From contig OX597827.1 of assembly GCA_951406725.2 (NCBI GenBank), positions 53,878,001-53,942,000 on the forward strand: 64,000 bases of DNA, written 5' to 3'. Shown one piece after another: positions 52,890-64,000 of this stretch. The translations under genes were made by a program, and so were the position numbers. The first letter of the stretch is position 1. Each line of letters opens with the position of its first letter. The DNA is from Octopus vulgaris (taxonomy: Eukaryota). The notes under the pieces are model-generated. The model saw nothing but the letters and a program-made list of their open reading frames with translations, did no database searches and was not told where the DNA came from.

Positions 52890-53352
52890 AACATCCACCT
52901 AGACATCTATCCATCTAACTCGATGACAGAAATAAAAGAAAGCAAAATAAAGAATTAAAAATATAAATAATGCATAGATACATCTATTTGTATATGCATA
53001 TATATATACACGCCCATTACATACATTCTCATCATTTATAAAATATGGAGATAGATAATACAATATGACGTAGTTAAATAGAAAAAAACAAAAAAATGAT
53101 ATACAGACATAACATTCTATACATTATATACATATTTTTTGTTTTATTCTGTTTAACTGCATCGCTATTATATCTATTTCTGAATTTTATAAATGATGAG
53201 AATGCATATAAGAGGTTTGCTTTCCAAACACATGGTTTCAGGTTCAGTCTCACTATGTGGCACCTTGGACAAGTCTATCCTATTATAGGCTTGAGCTGAT
53301 CAAAGCCTTGTCAGTGGATTTCGTAGACAAATTGAAAGAAACCTATCATATA

Positions 53353-54381
53353 TACAGGGGGCCATGAATAGACTGTTGTTTAAATTATACAGAAATGAAA
53401 ATAACACTGACATCTCATTTTAACAGATATATTTACCTATATATATATATGTGCGTGTGTTTGTGTGTCTGTGTTTGTCCCCCCAACCTTGCTTGACAAC
53501 CGATGCTGGTGTGTTTATGTCCCCGTAACTTAGCGGTTTGGCAAAAGAGATCGATAGAACAAGATAAGTACTAGGCTTACAAAGAATAAGTCCTGGGGTT
53601 GATTTGCTCGACTAAAGGCGGTGCTCCAGCATGGCCACAGTCAAATGACTGAAACAAGTAAAAGAGTAAATACTAAAGAGTAAATTTATTCAATAAAATT
53701 GCCATTGGCTTCAATGACGGCCTCCAGACGACTTCGGAATTTCCAGCAACTCTTCTGGATGGTCTCTTTGTTTAAGTTGGTGAATGCTGCCATAATCCTT
53801 GCCTTTAATTCATCTTTGGTGTTACAAAGAGTTTTGCTGGTCTCTCACACAATTATACCACATAATAATCAAGAGGTTTGCAGTCTGGGGAGTTAGATGG
53901 CCAAATGTTAGGGGTGATGTTGTTTCAGAAATTGTCTGACAGCCATGACTGGATTCTCCTGCTTGTGTGGCATGGTGTTGAATCTTGTTGCCAGACATAG
54001 GGTCTTCCAGCAGCCATCCTCTAGACCCAGGGCAGCACTACCTCCTCCAGGTACTGGATGTTTGATTTTTATCAGTCTCGGTACATGTCCTCAGATTGCA
54101 CTGTCCTCAGATTGACACCCAAACACTCTGAAATGTTTGTATAGGAGCTTCCAGTGTAAATGCCAAGCAGTACAGCATGTTGTTACCATATTTCTGGCAA
54201 AGTGAATTACATCATGGTGCTGTTTTTCTCATAGATGGTGCCTAACTGACACTCCTCTACTGTGTAGTCAACAAAATCAAAAACAAGCAATGCACATGCA
54301 TGAAATTAAAAATAAAAAGGGCAACAATTTTGCATGAAATTAAAAATAAAAAGGGCAACAATTTACCCATCGCATCCTGTA
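53353..54381 (-). mobile_element. Internally deleted Tc1/maT-like element nested in a SINE and containing another SINE (53440-53680)
   Basis: TA-bounded TIRs TACAGGGGGCCATGAATAGACTGTTG and CAACAATTTACCCATCGCATCCTGTA; peptides WPSNSPDCKPLDYYV and FRSRLEAVIEANGNFIE*. Host SINE halves at 53208-53350 and 54385-54610. Confidence 0.85.
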
Positions 54382-55799
54382 TGCATGTGTGTGTGTATGT
54401 GTGTGTGCATTTGTGCTTGTTTTTTCCCTCACCACTGTTTGACAACCAGTGTTGGTTTGTTTGCATCCTCATAAGTTAGTGGTTTGGCAAAAGAGACCAA
54501 TAGAGTTTCAAAAAAAAAAAAAAAAAGACCAAGTCCTGGAGATTAAAACCCTTTCAAGGCAGTGTTTCTGCATGGCAGCAGTCTAATGACTGAAACAAGT
54601 AAAAGACAAAAAAAGAATCAAACTTTCCATCAAAATTTCCAATTGATTTATATTCCAAATCCCAAGAAGCTGATATTGACAAAATCGTTTTACTAAATAC
54701 TTCATTATTTCCAAAATCAATCGCAACAAAAGCAGTGTATTTTGGAAGGAATAAGAATTGGAATACTGTGTCACTGCATGTTATAAGAAGCAGCTAAAAG
54801 AGTTGTAGACAAGAAAGGTATCTTCTTGTATGACATTGCCTTAGAAAATTAGTTGTCATTGTTCTTTCAGATTATTTCGGCATAAAAGACTGAATCTATT
54901 TATTAAGATTTGATAAAGCAAAAATGTGTAGTTACTACTAAATTTATCTTTTATGTGTTTTCTCAAAGAATTAAAGTTTCCATCAAATTCAGTTTTTTGC
55001 GATTAACTTTTATGTCCTGTTTTGCAAGTAATTGCAGCTATTATTATGTCCTGAACTGCTTGTAAACACAATTCAAAATGTATAATTGCTTAAGGTTAAA
55101 AAATCAGGAACTGAATCCTTTTCTGTGCAGAAAAGTTTAACCTAATTTTCCAGAACATCCTGTTTACACTATTTTTGTTTATTTTTGTGTTTTATCTTTT
55201 ATCTTTTACTTGTTTCAGTCATTAGACTGCAGCCATGCCTGGGCACCGCCTTGAAGGGTTTTAGTTGAATCAACCTAAGTAAGTTTTTCTTAAACCTGGT
55301 ACTTATTCTATAGGTCTCTTTTGCCAAAACATTAAATTATGGGGATGTAAACATATCAACACCAGTTATTAAGTGGCGGTGGTGGTGGTGGTGGGAACAA
55401 ACACAGACACAAAGACATGCACACATACACACAGAGACATGTAGTGGTTGGCGTTAGGAAGGGCATCCTGCTGTAGAAACTCTGCCAGATCAAGACTGGA
55501 GCCTGGTGCAGCCATCTGGTTTGCCAGTCCTCAGTCAAATTGTCCAACCCATGCTAGCATGGAAAGCGGACGTTAAACGATGATGATGATGATGATGTGT
55601 GTGTGTATATATATATATGTTATAATTTGTTTCAAATGTTGGAGCAAAGAGCTATGATGAATTCTCATTGGCTGTTAATACAACAGACGCTATGAAAATC
55701 CATTGAATAAAAAGGAACTTACTCTAATAGGTAGAAAAAGGAGAAAAAAAAGATAAAAATACACGCTACCATATTCTCACAATACATAGACATAAACCT

Positions 55800-56108
55800 T
55801 CATGTTGTGTTGCATTGTGTGTAATTATGTTTTTAAAGTTTGGGGTTGAACTGAAACTAATTTTTAGGTTATGTCTATTGAAGAGTTTCCTATATTTATG
55901 ATGTATAGGAAAATGTCTATCTATATGTGACAAGAAATATTTACCTATATTAAAGGTCACTTTGGAGAAGTAAGGGTGTGTGAACCAGATAATTTTCCTG
56001 TGTCTATGTTTTATTTTCTTTATTTCTGGCCTAATAGTAGGTGTGTAAGCTATTTCCTCTTTAAATCCACTAGCTTTAAGGGCATTGTTATATAATGGGG
56101 CAGCATTA
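55800..56108 (-). mobile_element. Penelope-like element ORF fragment (region C-terminal to the RT core)
   Basis: NAAPLYNNALKASGF...RKIIWFTHPY...NIGKYFLSHIDRHFPIHHKYRKLFNRHNLKISFSSTPN. Confidence 0.85.
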
Positions 56109-57022
56109 TATGATTTAACTTATTAAACAAAGTTCAACAAATTCATTCATATTTATGTAATGGAGATTAGATGTTAAAATGGATTATAGTTTTTATTTTT
56201 CATGTTGCTATACAATTTGTTTTATGCAAAAAGATTCAGATTGTCATAAATAGAAAATCGTAAATTTCTACTCGTCAATAACTGATATAAAAACTAAAAA
56301 AGACATTAAAAGTACATAAATTTTCTCTTAGTTATCATTTTGAGATTAGTATATTCATTCTTGCAGTCATGTCTATTTGAATCAAGGCTGAAAAAATATG
56401 TATTAAGTGGGTACTAATATATGTAATATTAAAAACTGACATTCTGTCTATGAAATCCAATATATGTCTCTATTTAAAACTCTTTAAATGTCTCTTATTA
56501 CTGGTCAAACTGTATTTGTATGTACATTGAGAAATTCCAAATAAGGAGGTATATGTATTTTCAAATACAAATTTAGTTTTAATCTAACTGTCAATTCTCC
56601 TTTCGATTTAAGATATTTTTAGAGAAAAAGGTGCTTAATAATGATATTGAAGAATAATTTCTGGTTTATAATATATATAAATTAAGTATTTATATATGAC
56701 AAGCTTCTTTCAGTTTCAACTGCATTCACAAGGTTTTGGTCAGTTCGAGTAGAAAAAAACCTTTGTTCAAGATGCTATACAGTGGAACTGAGCTGGAAAC
56801 CACGTCGTTGGGAAGCAAACTTCTTACCACACAGCCACACCTACATCTATATTGTGAGTGATTTTCTTTTTATTATTTTCACTTTTTATTATTTTCACTT
56901 AAAAATGTGTGACATGTCACTGCTGGACAAGTATATTATAAGTTCATCTTCACTGTTCTAGAGTATAGTCAATTACTGTGTCTCCAGCTCTTCTCTATCA
57001 ATTGGCATCTATCTTATTAGCC

Positions 57023-57251
57023 TTAACCCTTTCATTACCATATTTATTTTCAGATGCTCTGTGTGTCTTTCAATTATTTTAAATATAACAAAGAATTTTG
57101 TAAAATAACTTAGTTGTCATTAAGCTAGTGTTAGGAACATAAATTGTGACTCAGGTTCGCAGGAAGATTTTAATTCAAAACTTATGAAAGCAAGACATTT
57201 GTACTACAGAGCTAGAGGCAGTTTCAGCCAGGCTGGTAACAAAAGGGTTAA
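57023..57251. mobile_element. piggyBac-type MITE (family B)
   Basis: TTAA-CCCTTTCATTACCA...TGGTAACAAAAGGG-TTAA. Confidence 0.85.
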
Positions 57252-57317
57252 AAGGATGAAAGGCGAAGAGGACTCTTGCAGAATTTGAAATTAGAATGTA
57301 AAGAGATATAACTCTCC

Positions 57318-57530
57318 TTACTCTTTTTACTCTTTTACTTGTTTCAGTCATTTGACTGCGGCCATGCTGGAGCACTGCCTTTAGTCGAGCAAATCGACCC
57401 CGGGACTTATTCTTTGTAAGCCCAGTACTTATTCTATCGGGCTCTTTTGCCGAACCGCTAAGTGACGGGGACGTAAACACACCAGCATCGGTTGTCAAGC
57501 AATGCTAGGGGGACAAACACAGACACACAA

Positions 57531-57563
<33 letters not shown>

Positions 57564-57733
57564 CATATATACGACAGGCTTCTTTCAGTTTCTGTCTACC
57601 AAATCCACTCACAAGGCATTGGTCAGCCCGGAGCCATAGCAGAAGACACTTGCCCAAGATGCCATGCAGTGGGACTGAACCCGGAACCATGTGGTTGGTT
57701 AGCAAGCTACTTACCACACAGCCACTCCTGCGC
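57318..57733 (-). mobile_element. OR-like CORE SINE, full length, young
   Basis: Close reverse-complement match to 752-1150. Confidence 0.92.
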
Positions 57734-58657
57734 CTTGCCACAAAATATTTTGAGTGACACACTACTGATATTATTGTCCTTCCATATGACATTTGGTAAA
57801 ATTTAATATATTTTTGTAAATTAGTTTATCATCTGTGTAAAAATCTTGAATAAAGAATTACCCACCTCCACTAAACTTGGCAATTTTCCTACTCACTGTC
57901 AATACGTAGTTGCAACAATGTATATAATTGGGTGTTAAATTTACCCCCTCATTCACTACTAACTTCTATTCCTATTCCTAGTTTTGCATAATTTCCTAAG
58001 TCAGGTGGCGACTTCATTTGCATTTTAAATCTCATTTTAGATATTGCTCCCACAAGACGTCTATTTAATGTTCTCGTAATTTGTTTGCCTTGAGAATTGG
58101 CTTTTTCTCAAGCGATTGCATTTTGTAGCATGTATTAGACTTTCAGCTAATGCTGAAGCTGCACTTGGCTTGATACTCATCTAATTATGTTACATTAATC
58201 ACAGATTTGGAGACATTTCAGTTTGTCTGTCAGCTTCTCTCTCTCTCTCTCTCATTTCTTCATCTCTTCCTTCTTCTTTCATTTCTATTCCTCACAGACA
58301 TTATATAAGCATTTTATTTCCATTTGGACTGGCCATATGAAATATTGGTTTCAAATTTTGAAACAAGGCCAGCAAGTTAGGAGGAGAGATAAGTTGATTA
58401 CATTGAATTCAGAGTTCAGCTGGTACTTATTTCATTGAAACTGAAAGGATGAACGGCAAAGTCGTTCATCCTTTCAGGTTAGTGTACTAACAATTCAACC
58501 AGTTTGCCACCTTTAAACCATATGAAATATTGATAAAGGGCAAGACGAAAATTCACCATACACCACTGTATCAAGGCACAAATATTATAAAGGAGTGCTA
58601 TTGCAGTTGATCAACCAACAAGAGATAGCAGCTAAATTTACAAAATTCACACCTTGT

Positions 58658-59374
58658 CTTATGCTAGAAGTAGATCTGCTATGGTCTTACCTCTAAGAAA
58701 TGTTCTCAAGAAAAATTTAGTAAACAACCAATAGTATACAATTTTACTGAACTTTCAAATTTTTATATGCTAGACCACTGGTGTGAAATTGATGTTAATT
58801 AAATTAATATCAAATTTCTCACCCTCATTTTAAATCTAAATTTAAATTAATATGTTCTCAAACAGGCAAAAGCCACTGCAGTAAATTATTTTCTGCAGTA
58901 TCATTTTTTCTGATAGTTTAGCACGCCAAAACAAAGACATTTGAACAGTAACCACGAGTGTAAGAGGTAGAACTATATACAGATCTGACTTTGTGCGGAC
59001 ATCCTAGTATATAGTTCTGCAAATTATATTTACTTGGACGGTCACACTGAAGATCTACGGGCATTTATGTAAGTAAAATTATGTAATATATTAATAGTGA
59101 AACATGTATGTGAATAATCCATATTTTCATTGCTTTTTTTTGTCTTACATGATTACGTTTTGGTTGTTTGCTAAATTTTTCTTGAGAACATTTCTTAGTG
59201 GTAAGACCATAGCGGATCTACTTCTAGCATAAGGGTTGTCCACATAGTGGTCATCCTTCTCATATGTATATAATACAATTTTACTGAACCTTCAGATTTT
59301 TATATGCTAGACCATTGGTGTGAAATTCATGTTAAATTAATATCAAATTTCTCACCCTCATTTTGAATTTAAAT
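58658..59374 (+). mobile_element. Non-coding PLE-type element: 537-bp unit plus partial tandem copy and an inverted terminal piece
   Basis: Direct repeat 58736-58847 / 59273-59374; inverted repeat 58658-58731 / 59160-59233; hammerhead core inside. Confidence 0.75.
59042..59113 (+). ncRNA. Minimal type-I hammerhead ribozyme motif with intact catalytic core
   Basis: UCACA-CUGAAGA-U-CUA...UAG-U-GAAA-CAUG-UA-UGUGA; perfect 5-bp stem I, palindromic ACAUGU stem III, GUA triplet, weak stem II. Confidence 0.7.
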
Positions 59375-60074
59375 ATATATATATATATATATATATATCT
59401 ATATCTTATCTGAAATGTACAGTATTATATATCCATCACAGCTGATCCTACCAAATGGTTTTGCACTAGGAATACAATGGAGTGTTAGGTAACAATCTGA
59501 TTATATAACCTTACACTCATTAGATTTAGCTGATATTGTATTCCAGCATGAAACCAATTAGTAAGATCACCTGTGATGGATATATAATACTGTATATAAT
59601 ATATCCACTCTATTAGCAGATATATGAGTGCAGCTCTTCGCGGACTTATGAACTCTTAGAAGACTCACACGTATATACATATGTGTGTGTGTATGTGTAC
59701 ACAAACATACATACATATATATAAATATATATATATATATCATCATCATCATCATTTAGCATCCGTTTTCCATGCTAGCATGGGTTGGACGGTTTAACTG
59801 GGGTCTGTGAAGCCGGAAGGCTTCATCAGGCCCAGTCAGATTTGGCAGTGTTTCTACAGCTGGATGCCCTTCCTAACGCCAACCACTCCGTGAGTGTAGT
59901 GGGTGCTTTTTACGTGCCACCTGCACAGGTGCCAGACAGAGCTGGCAATATATATATATCATTATAATCAAGGCTAAAATCTATATAGGATTTTATCAAG
60001 TAGCTAGCATATAATAAACCATTTAGGTAAAAATTAATACAAAGTATATAATAAAATTGTGGCACAATAAAAGC

Positions 60075-60815
60075 GCAAGTGTATGGTAAGTAGCTTGCTT
60101 CCCAACCACATGGTTCCAGGTTCGTTGCCACTGTGTGGCACCTTGGGCAAGTGTCTTCTACTATAGCCTCAGGCCAACCAAAGCCTTGTGAGTGGATTTG
60201 GCTGAAGGAAACTAGAAGAAGCCCATCATATATATATTTGTATGTGTGTGTGTGTGTGTGTTTGACCCCCTGCTATTGCTTGACAACCGATGCTGGTGTA
60301 TTTACGTACCCATAACTTAGCAGTTTGTCAAAAGACACCAATAGAATAAGTACTAGGCTTACAAAGAATAAGTCCCGGGCTCGATTTTTGTTCAACTAAA
60401 ACCCTTTAAGGCGGTGCTGCAGCATAGCCGCATTCAAATGACTGAAACAAGTAAAAGAACAAAAGAATACATATATATATTTTACTTGTTTCAGTCATTA
60501 GAGTGCAGCCATGCCAGTGCGCTGCCTTGAACAATTTGCGTTAGTTGAATGAATCAACCCTAGTACTTATTTTTTTGTTAAACCTGGAACGTATTCTATC
60601 TGTTTCTTTTGTCCAACAGCTAAGTTACAGGGACTTGAACACAAAAACACCAGTGGTCAAGAGGTGGGGGATAAAAACAGACACAGAGAGACACACACAC
60701 AAACTCACACATATATAGTAGAAGACATTTGTCTAAGGATGCCACACAGTGGGACTGAACCCAGAACCATGTTATTGGAAGCAAGCATCTTACCACACAG
60801 CTACACTTGTGCCTT
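60075..60815. mobile_element. Tail-to-tail pair of OR-like SINEs (+ 60075-60465, - 60480-60815)
   Basis: Both match 752-1150, in opposite orientations. Confidence 0.85.
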
Positions 60816-60827
60816 GTATATGTATAT

Positions 60828-60915
<88 letters not shown>

Positions 60916-60932
60916 ATATATAGATAGATAGC

Positions 60933-60966
<34 letters not shown>

Positions 60967-61259
60967 TGTGTTAGTATACATACACACCCACATATTTTCA
61001 TGCATACAAAACTATACATAAATATATACATGCATACATACATCTGTACACATATATGAATATATATTTATATATGAATGTATCTAACTCATGGGAATTT
61101 TGTAAGAATATCATTTTTCAATGTGTATGTCTGTTTTATAAATGGATATGTGCTGTGAGACATTTTGATATGGATTTTGAGAGTATTCCTTTATTTGTCT
61201 ATCTGTCTATTTGTCTAACTCTCTGAGTATCTGTCTGTCTGTCTCTCTCTCTCTGTTTC

Positions 61260-61333
<74 letters not shown>

Positions 61334-61353
61334 CTTTCTACCTATCACAACCT

Positions 61354-61397
61354 GGGACCTTGAAGACTGCTTCAATGCAAGAAAGTATACTAGTCCC
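61354..61397 (+). ncRNA. Minimal type-I hammerhead-like motif
   Basis: GGGAC-CUUGAAGA-CUGC/GCAA-GAAA-GUAUAC-UA-GUCCC; one extra base in the core and a palindromic stem III. Confidence 0.6.
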
Positions 61398-61641
61398 TTA
61401 ATATTTGATATTCAATATTTCATCTATTCAATAAGACAATCAATACTTCATTTCATTTTATTATATATACTATTTATACTATATATTCTATATTCTACAT
61501 TAATATTATAAAGAATATAAATAAAACATAAAAAACAGAGTTGGAATTCCTTTGAATAATATATATCCCTCTATACACAATCATACAAACTCCTTTATGT
61601 ATGTATGTATGTATGTATGTATATTTATATATGTGTATATA

Positions 61642-61675
<34 letters not shown>

Positions 61676-61974
61676 GCATATTCTCTTTTGCAATTCTCAG
61701 AGAACACACATAAAATTATAAATAATTGCATGTAAATAGTGAGACATAAGACCGCTTTGGGTAGTGGAAGTCGAGATGTAGATTCTAATTCCCATGAATA
61801 GTCTTTGATATTTTTCTATCCAAAAGGATTCTTAAATCCAGTATTTACACATTATTATTTATAGCTTCATGCATGCGCTACAAGAATTCCCAAAAAGTGT
61901 GATTGTATGCGTGTGTGTGTACACAGATACATACGCACACACAACATGTACATACATACTTTATTTGTATAGAA

Positions 61975-62020
<46 letters not shown>

Positions 62021-62624
62021 GTATGTATACATATACACACATATATATGTATACTTATAAATACATACATACATACATACATATATATATATTTATAGAT
62101 GTGTATGTAAGTAAAATTACATATTACATTAGTAATGAAACAATTTGTTCAGGGTCAATCTATCTATTCGTTATATTTCACTTTCCTTCCGTTAAATGTA
62201 TGTTACTTCTAGTTGGAAACATCTTTTTTCTGTGGCTATACTATCGGGGCTATTTTTAGCACTAGAGTTATCCACATAGTGGTTAACTCTCTAATAATTT
62301 ATATATATATATATATATATATACATATATGTACACATATATATATATATGCGTGATCATTACCAGCATCGCCTTACTGGCACCTGTGCCGGTGGCATGT
62401 GTAAAAGATTCAAGCAAGGTCGTTGCCAGTACTGCCTGACTGGCACATAAAAGCACCCACTACACTCTCGGAGTGGTTGGCGTTAGGAAAGGCATCCAGC
62501 TGTTGAAAATCTGCCAGATCAAGATTGAAGCCTGGTGCAGCCATCTGGTTCACCAGCCTTCTGTCAAATCGTCCAACCCATGCTAGCATGGAAAGCAGAT
62601 GTTAAACGATGACAATGATGATGA

Positions 62625-62679
<55 letters not shown>

Positions 62680-62767
62680 CATACATTTATATACATATGT
62701 ATATATATATACATATTTATATATATGTATATAAATATACACACATAAATAAATATACATAAACATG

Positions 62768-62828
<61 letters not shown>

Positions 62829-62936
62829 TCACATACATATATTACATGTATATATATATACATATACATATATTACATGTATACAAATATACATGTGTGC
62901 ATATATATATATATACACACACACAAACACACATAT

Positions 62937-64000
62937 ATTGGGTCTTCCCATAAATAATGCAGTCTCTTCAATTACATGAACTAAAAGTTGGATGAGGGAC
63001 AAGATAAACTACTTGCATCAACTTGCTATTAAAGCAGGTAGTAATTTTACCTTGTACTTATTCTTAGTGCAATTTTTGAAGAGTGTGGTTAACACTTATT
63101 TTTTCAAAGCTATAATAGAAAAAACAAATGAGCATATTTTGCATTATGAGTTCAATAAAGGAATATTAATGCAGTGTATGGGGAGTGGACAATAAGCATA
63201 AGCCAGTGTTAGCATTGGGTCCAAAAATACTGAGCCAGAAACTACAGCCTAGAAAATGAGCCTCATCCTGGAAGACCTGTAGAGCTCAGTGATGATGTTC
63301 TACAAACTCTGGTGGAACAAAATCCCATTGTAACTGTTGAGGAACTAGCAGAGAAACTTATAATTGCTCATTCAACCATTCATTGACACCTGCATGCCAT
63401 CAGAAAAGTTAGAAAATTGGGTCAATGGGTTCTTCACAAACTTTCCGAATCTAATTGCATGCAGAGAGTGAATGTGTGCTCTTCTTTGTTGTCACATCTC
63501 AAGAATGAACCTTTGTTGGACTGAATAGTGACTGGTGAGGAGAAATGGGTTCTCTATAAAAAAAGTCAAGAGCCAAAGACAGTCGGTGGGAAGAAACACT
63601 GGTACACCAGGCTAAAGAAAGTTTTACCCATGTAAGGTATTGTTATCTGTTTGGTGGGATATGAAAGGTTTAGTCCACTTTGAACTTTTAAACCCCAACC
63701 AAACATTAACAAAGGATGTGTACTGCAAGCAGCTTGAATGGCTTAAGTCAGTGCTAGAAGAAAAATGACCATATTTGGTTTCAAGACGAAAGGTTTTCTT
63801 CTATCAGGATAATGCTTGGCCACATAAAGCAAGGATGACATTCCAAAGGCTGGCTCAGTTTGAATGGGGAAACTATGGTATTACCCCATCTGATTACCAT
63901 TTATTCTGCAGTCTTCAAAATCATTTGGATGGGAAAAATATGAATTCTGTAACTGAGGTCAGAATGGTGCTAGAGAAGCATTTTTCACCACAGACAAGTG
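62937..64000 (+). mobile_element. Mariner transposase pseudogene running off the window end
   Basis: TIR TATTGGGTCTTCCCATAAATAATG; HILHYEFNKG, GQWVLHKLSE, VTGEEKWVLY, VLLSVWWDMKG, FYQDNAWPH and PSDYHLF, with stops and frameshifts. Confidence 0.92.

Overview
AT-rich, repeat-dense eukaryotic DNA, most likely from an octopus genome (inferred from the OR/OK-type tRNA-derived SINEs, RTE LINE 3' ends with (GAT)n tails and dense microsatellites). There is one convincing protein-coding gene: a single-coding-exon C2H2 zinc-finger factor at about 7218-10493 (+), with 11 canonical fingers plus 1 atypical finger, probably followed by a very long 3' UTR. The rest is transposon debris: SINEs, RTE and other LINE remnants, several Tc1/mariner remnants, piggyBac-type TTAA MITEs, Helitrons, a Gypsy remnant, a 140-bp solo LTR and a Penelope-like (PLE) RT fragment. 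The most interesting signal is four minimal type-I hammerhead-ribozyme motifs in four unrelated non-coding repeats (36163, 51644, 59042, 61354). Two of them have PLE-type inverted or partial-tandem ends, and one sits downstream of a tRNA-like pol III head, which suggests a set of ribozyme-bearing non-autonomous retroelements. Several long fold-back structures are also present, including a mariner that contains an inverted copy of its own flank. All calls were made by eye, with no database searches, so repeat boundaries are approximate.
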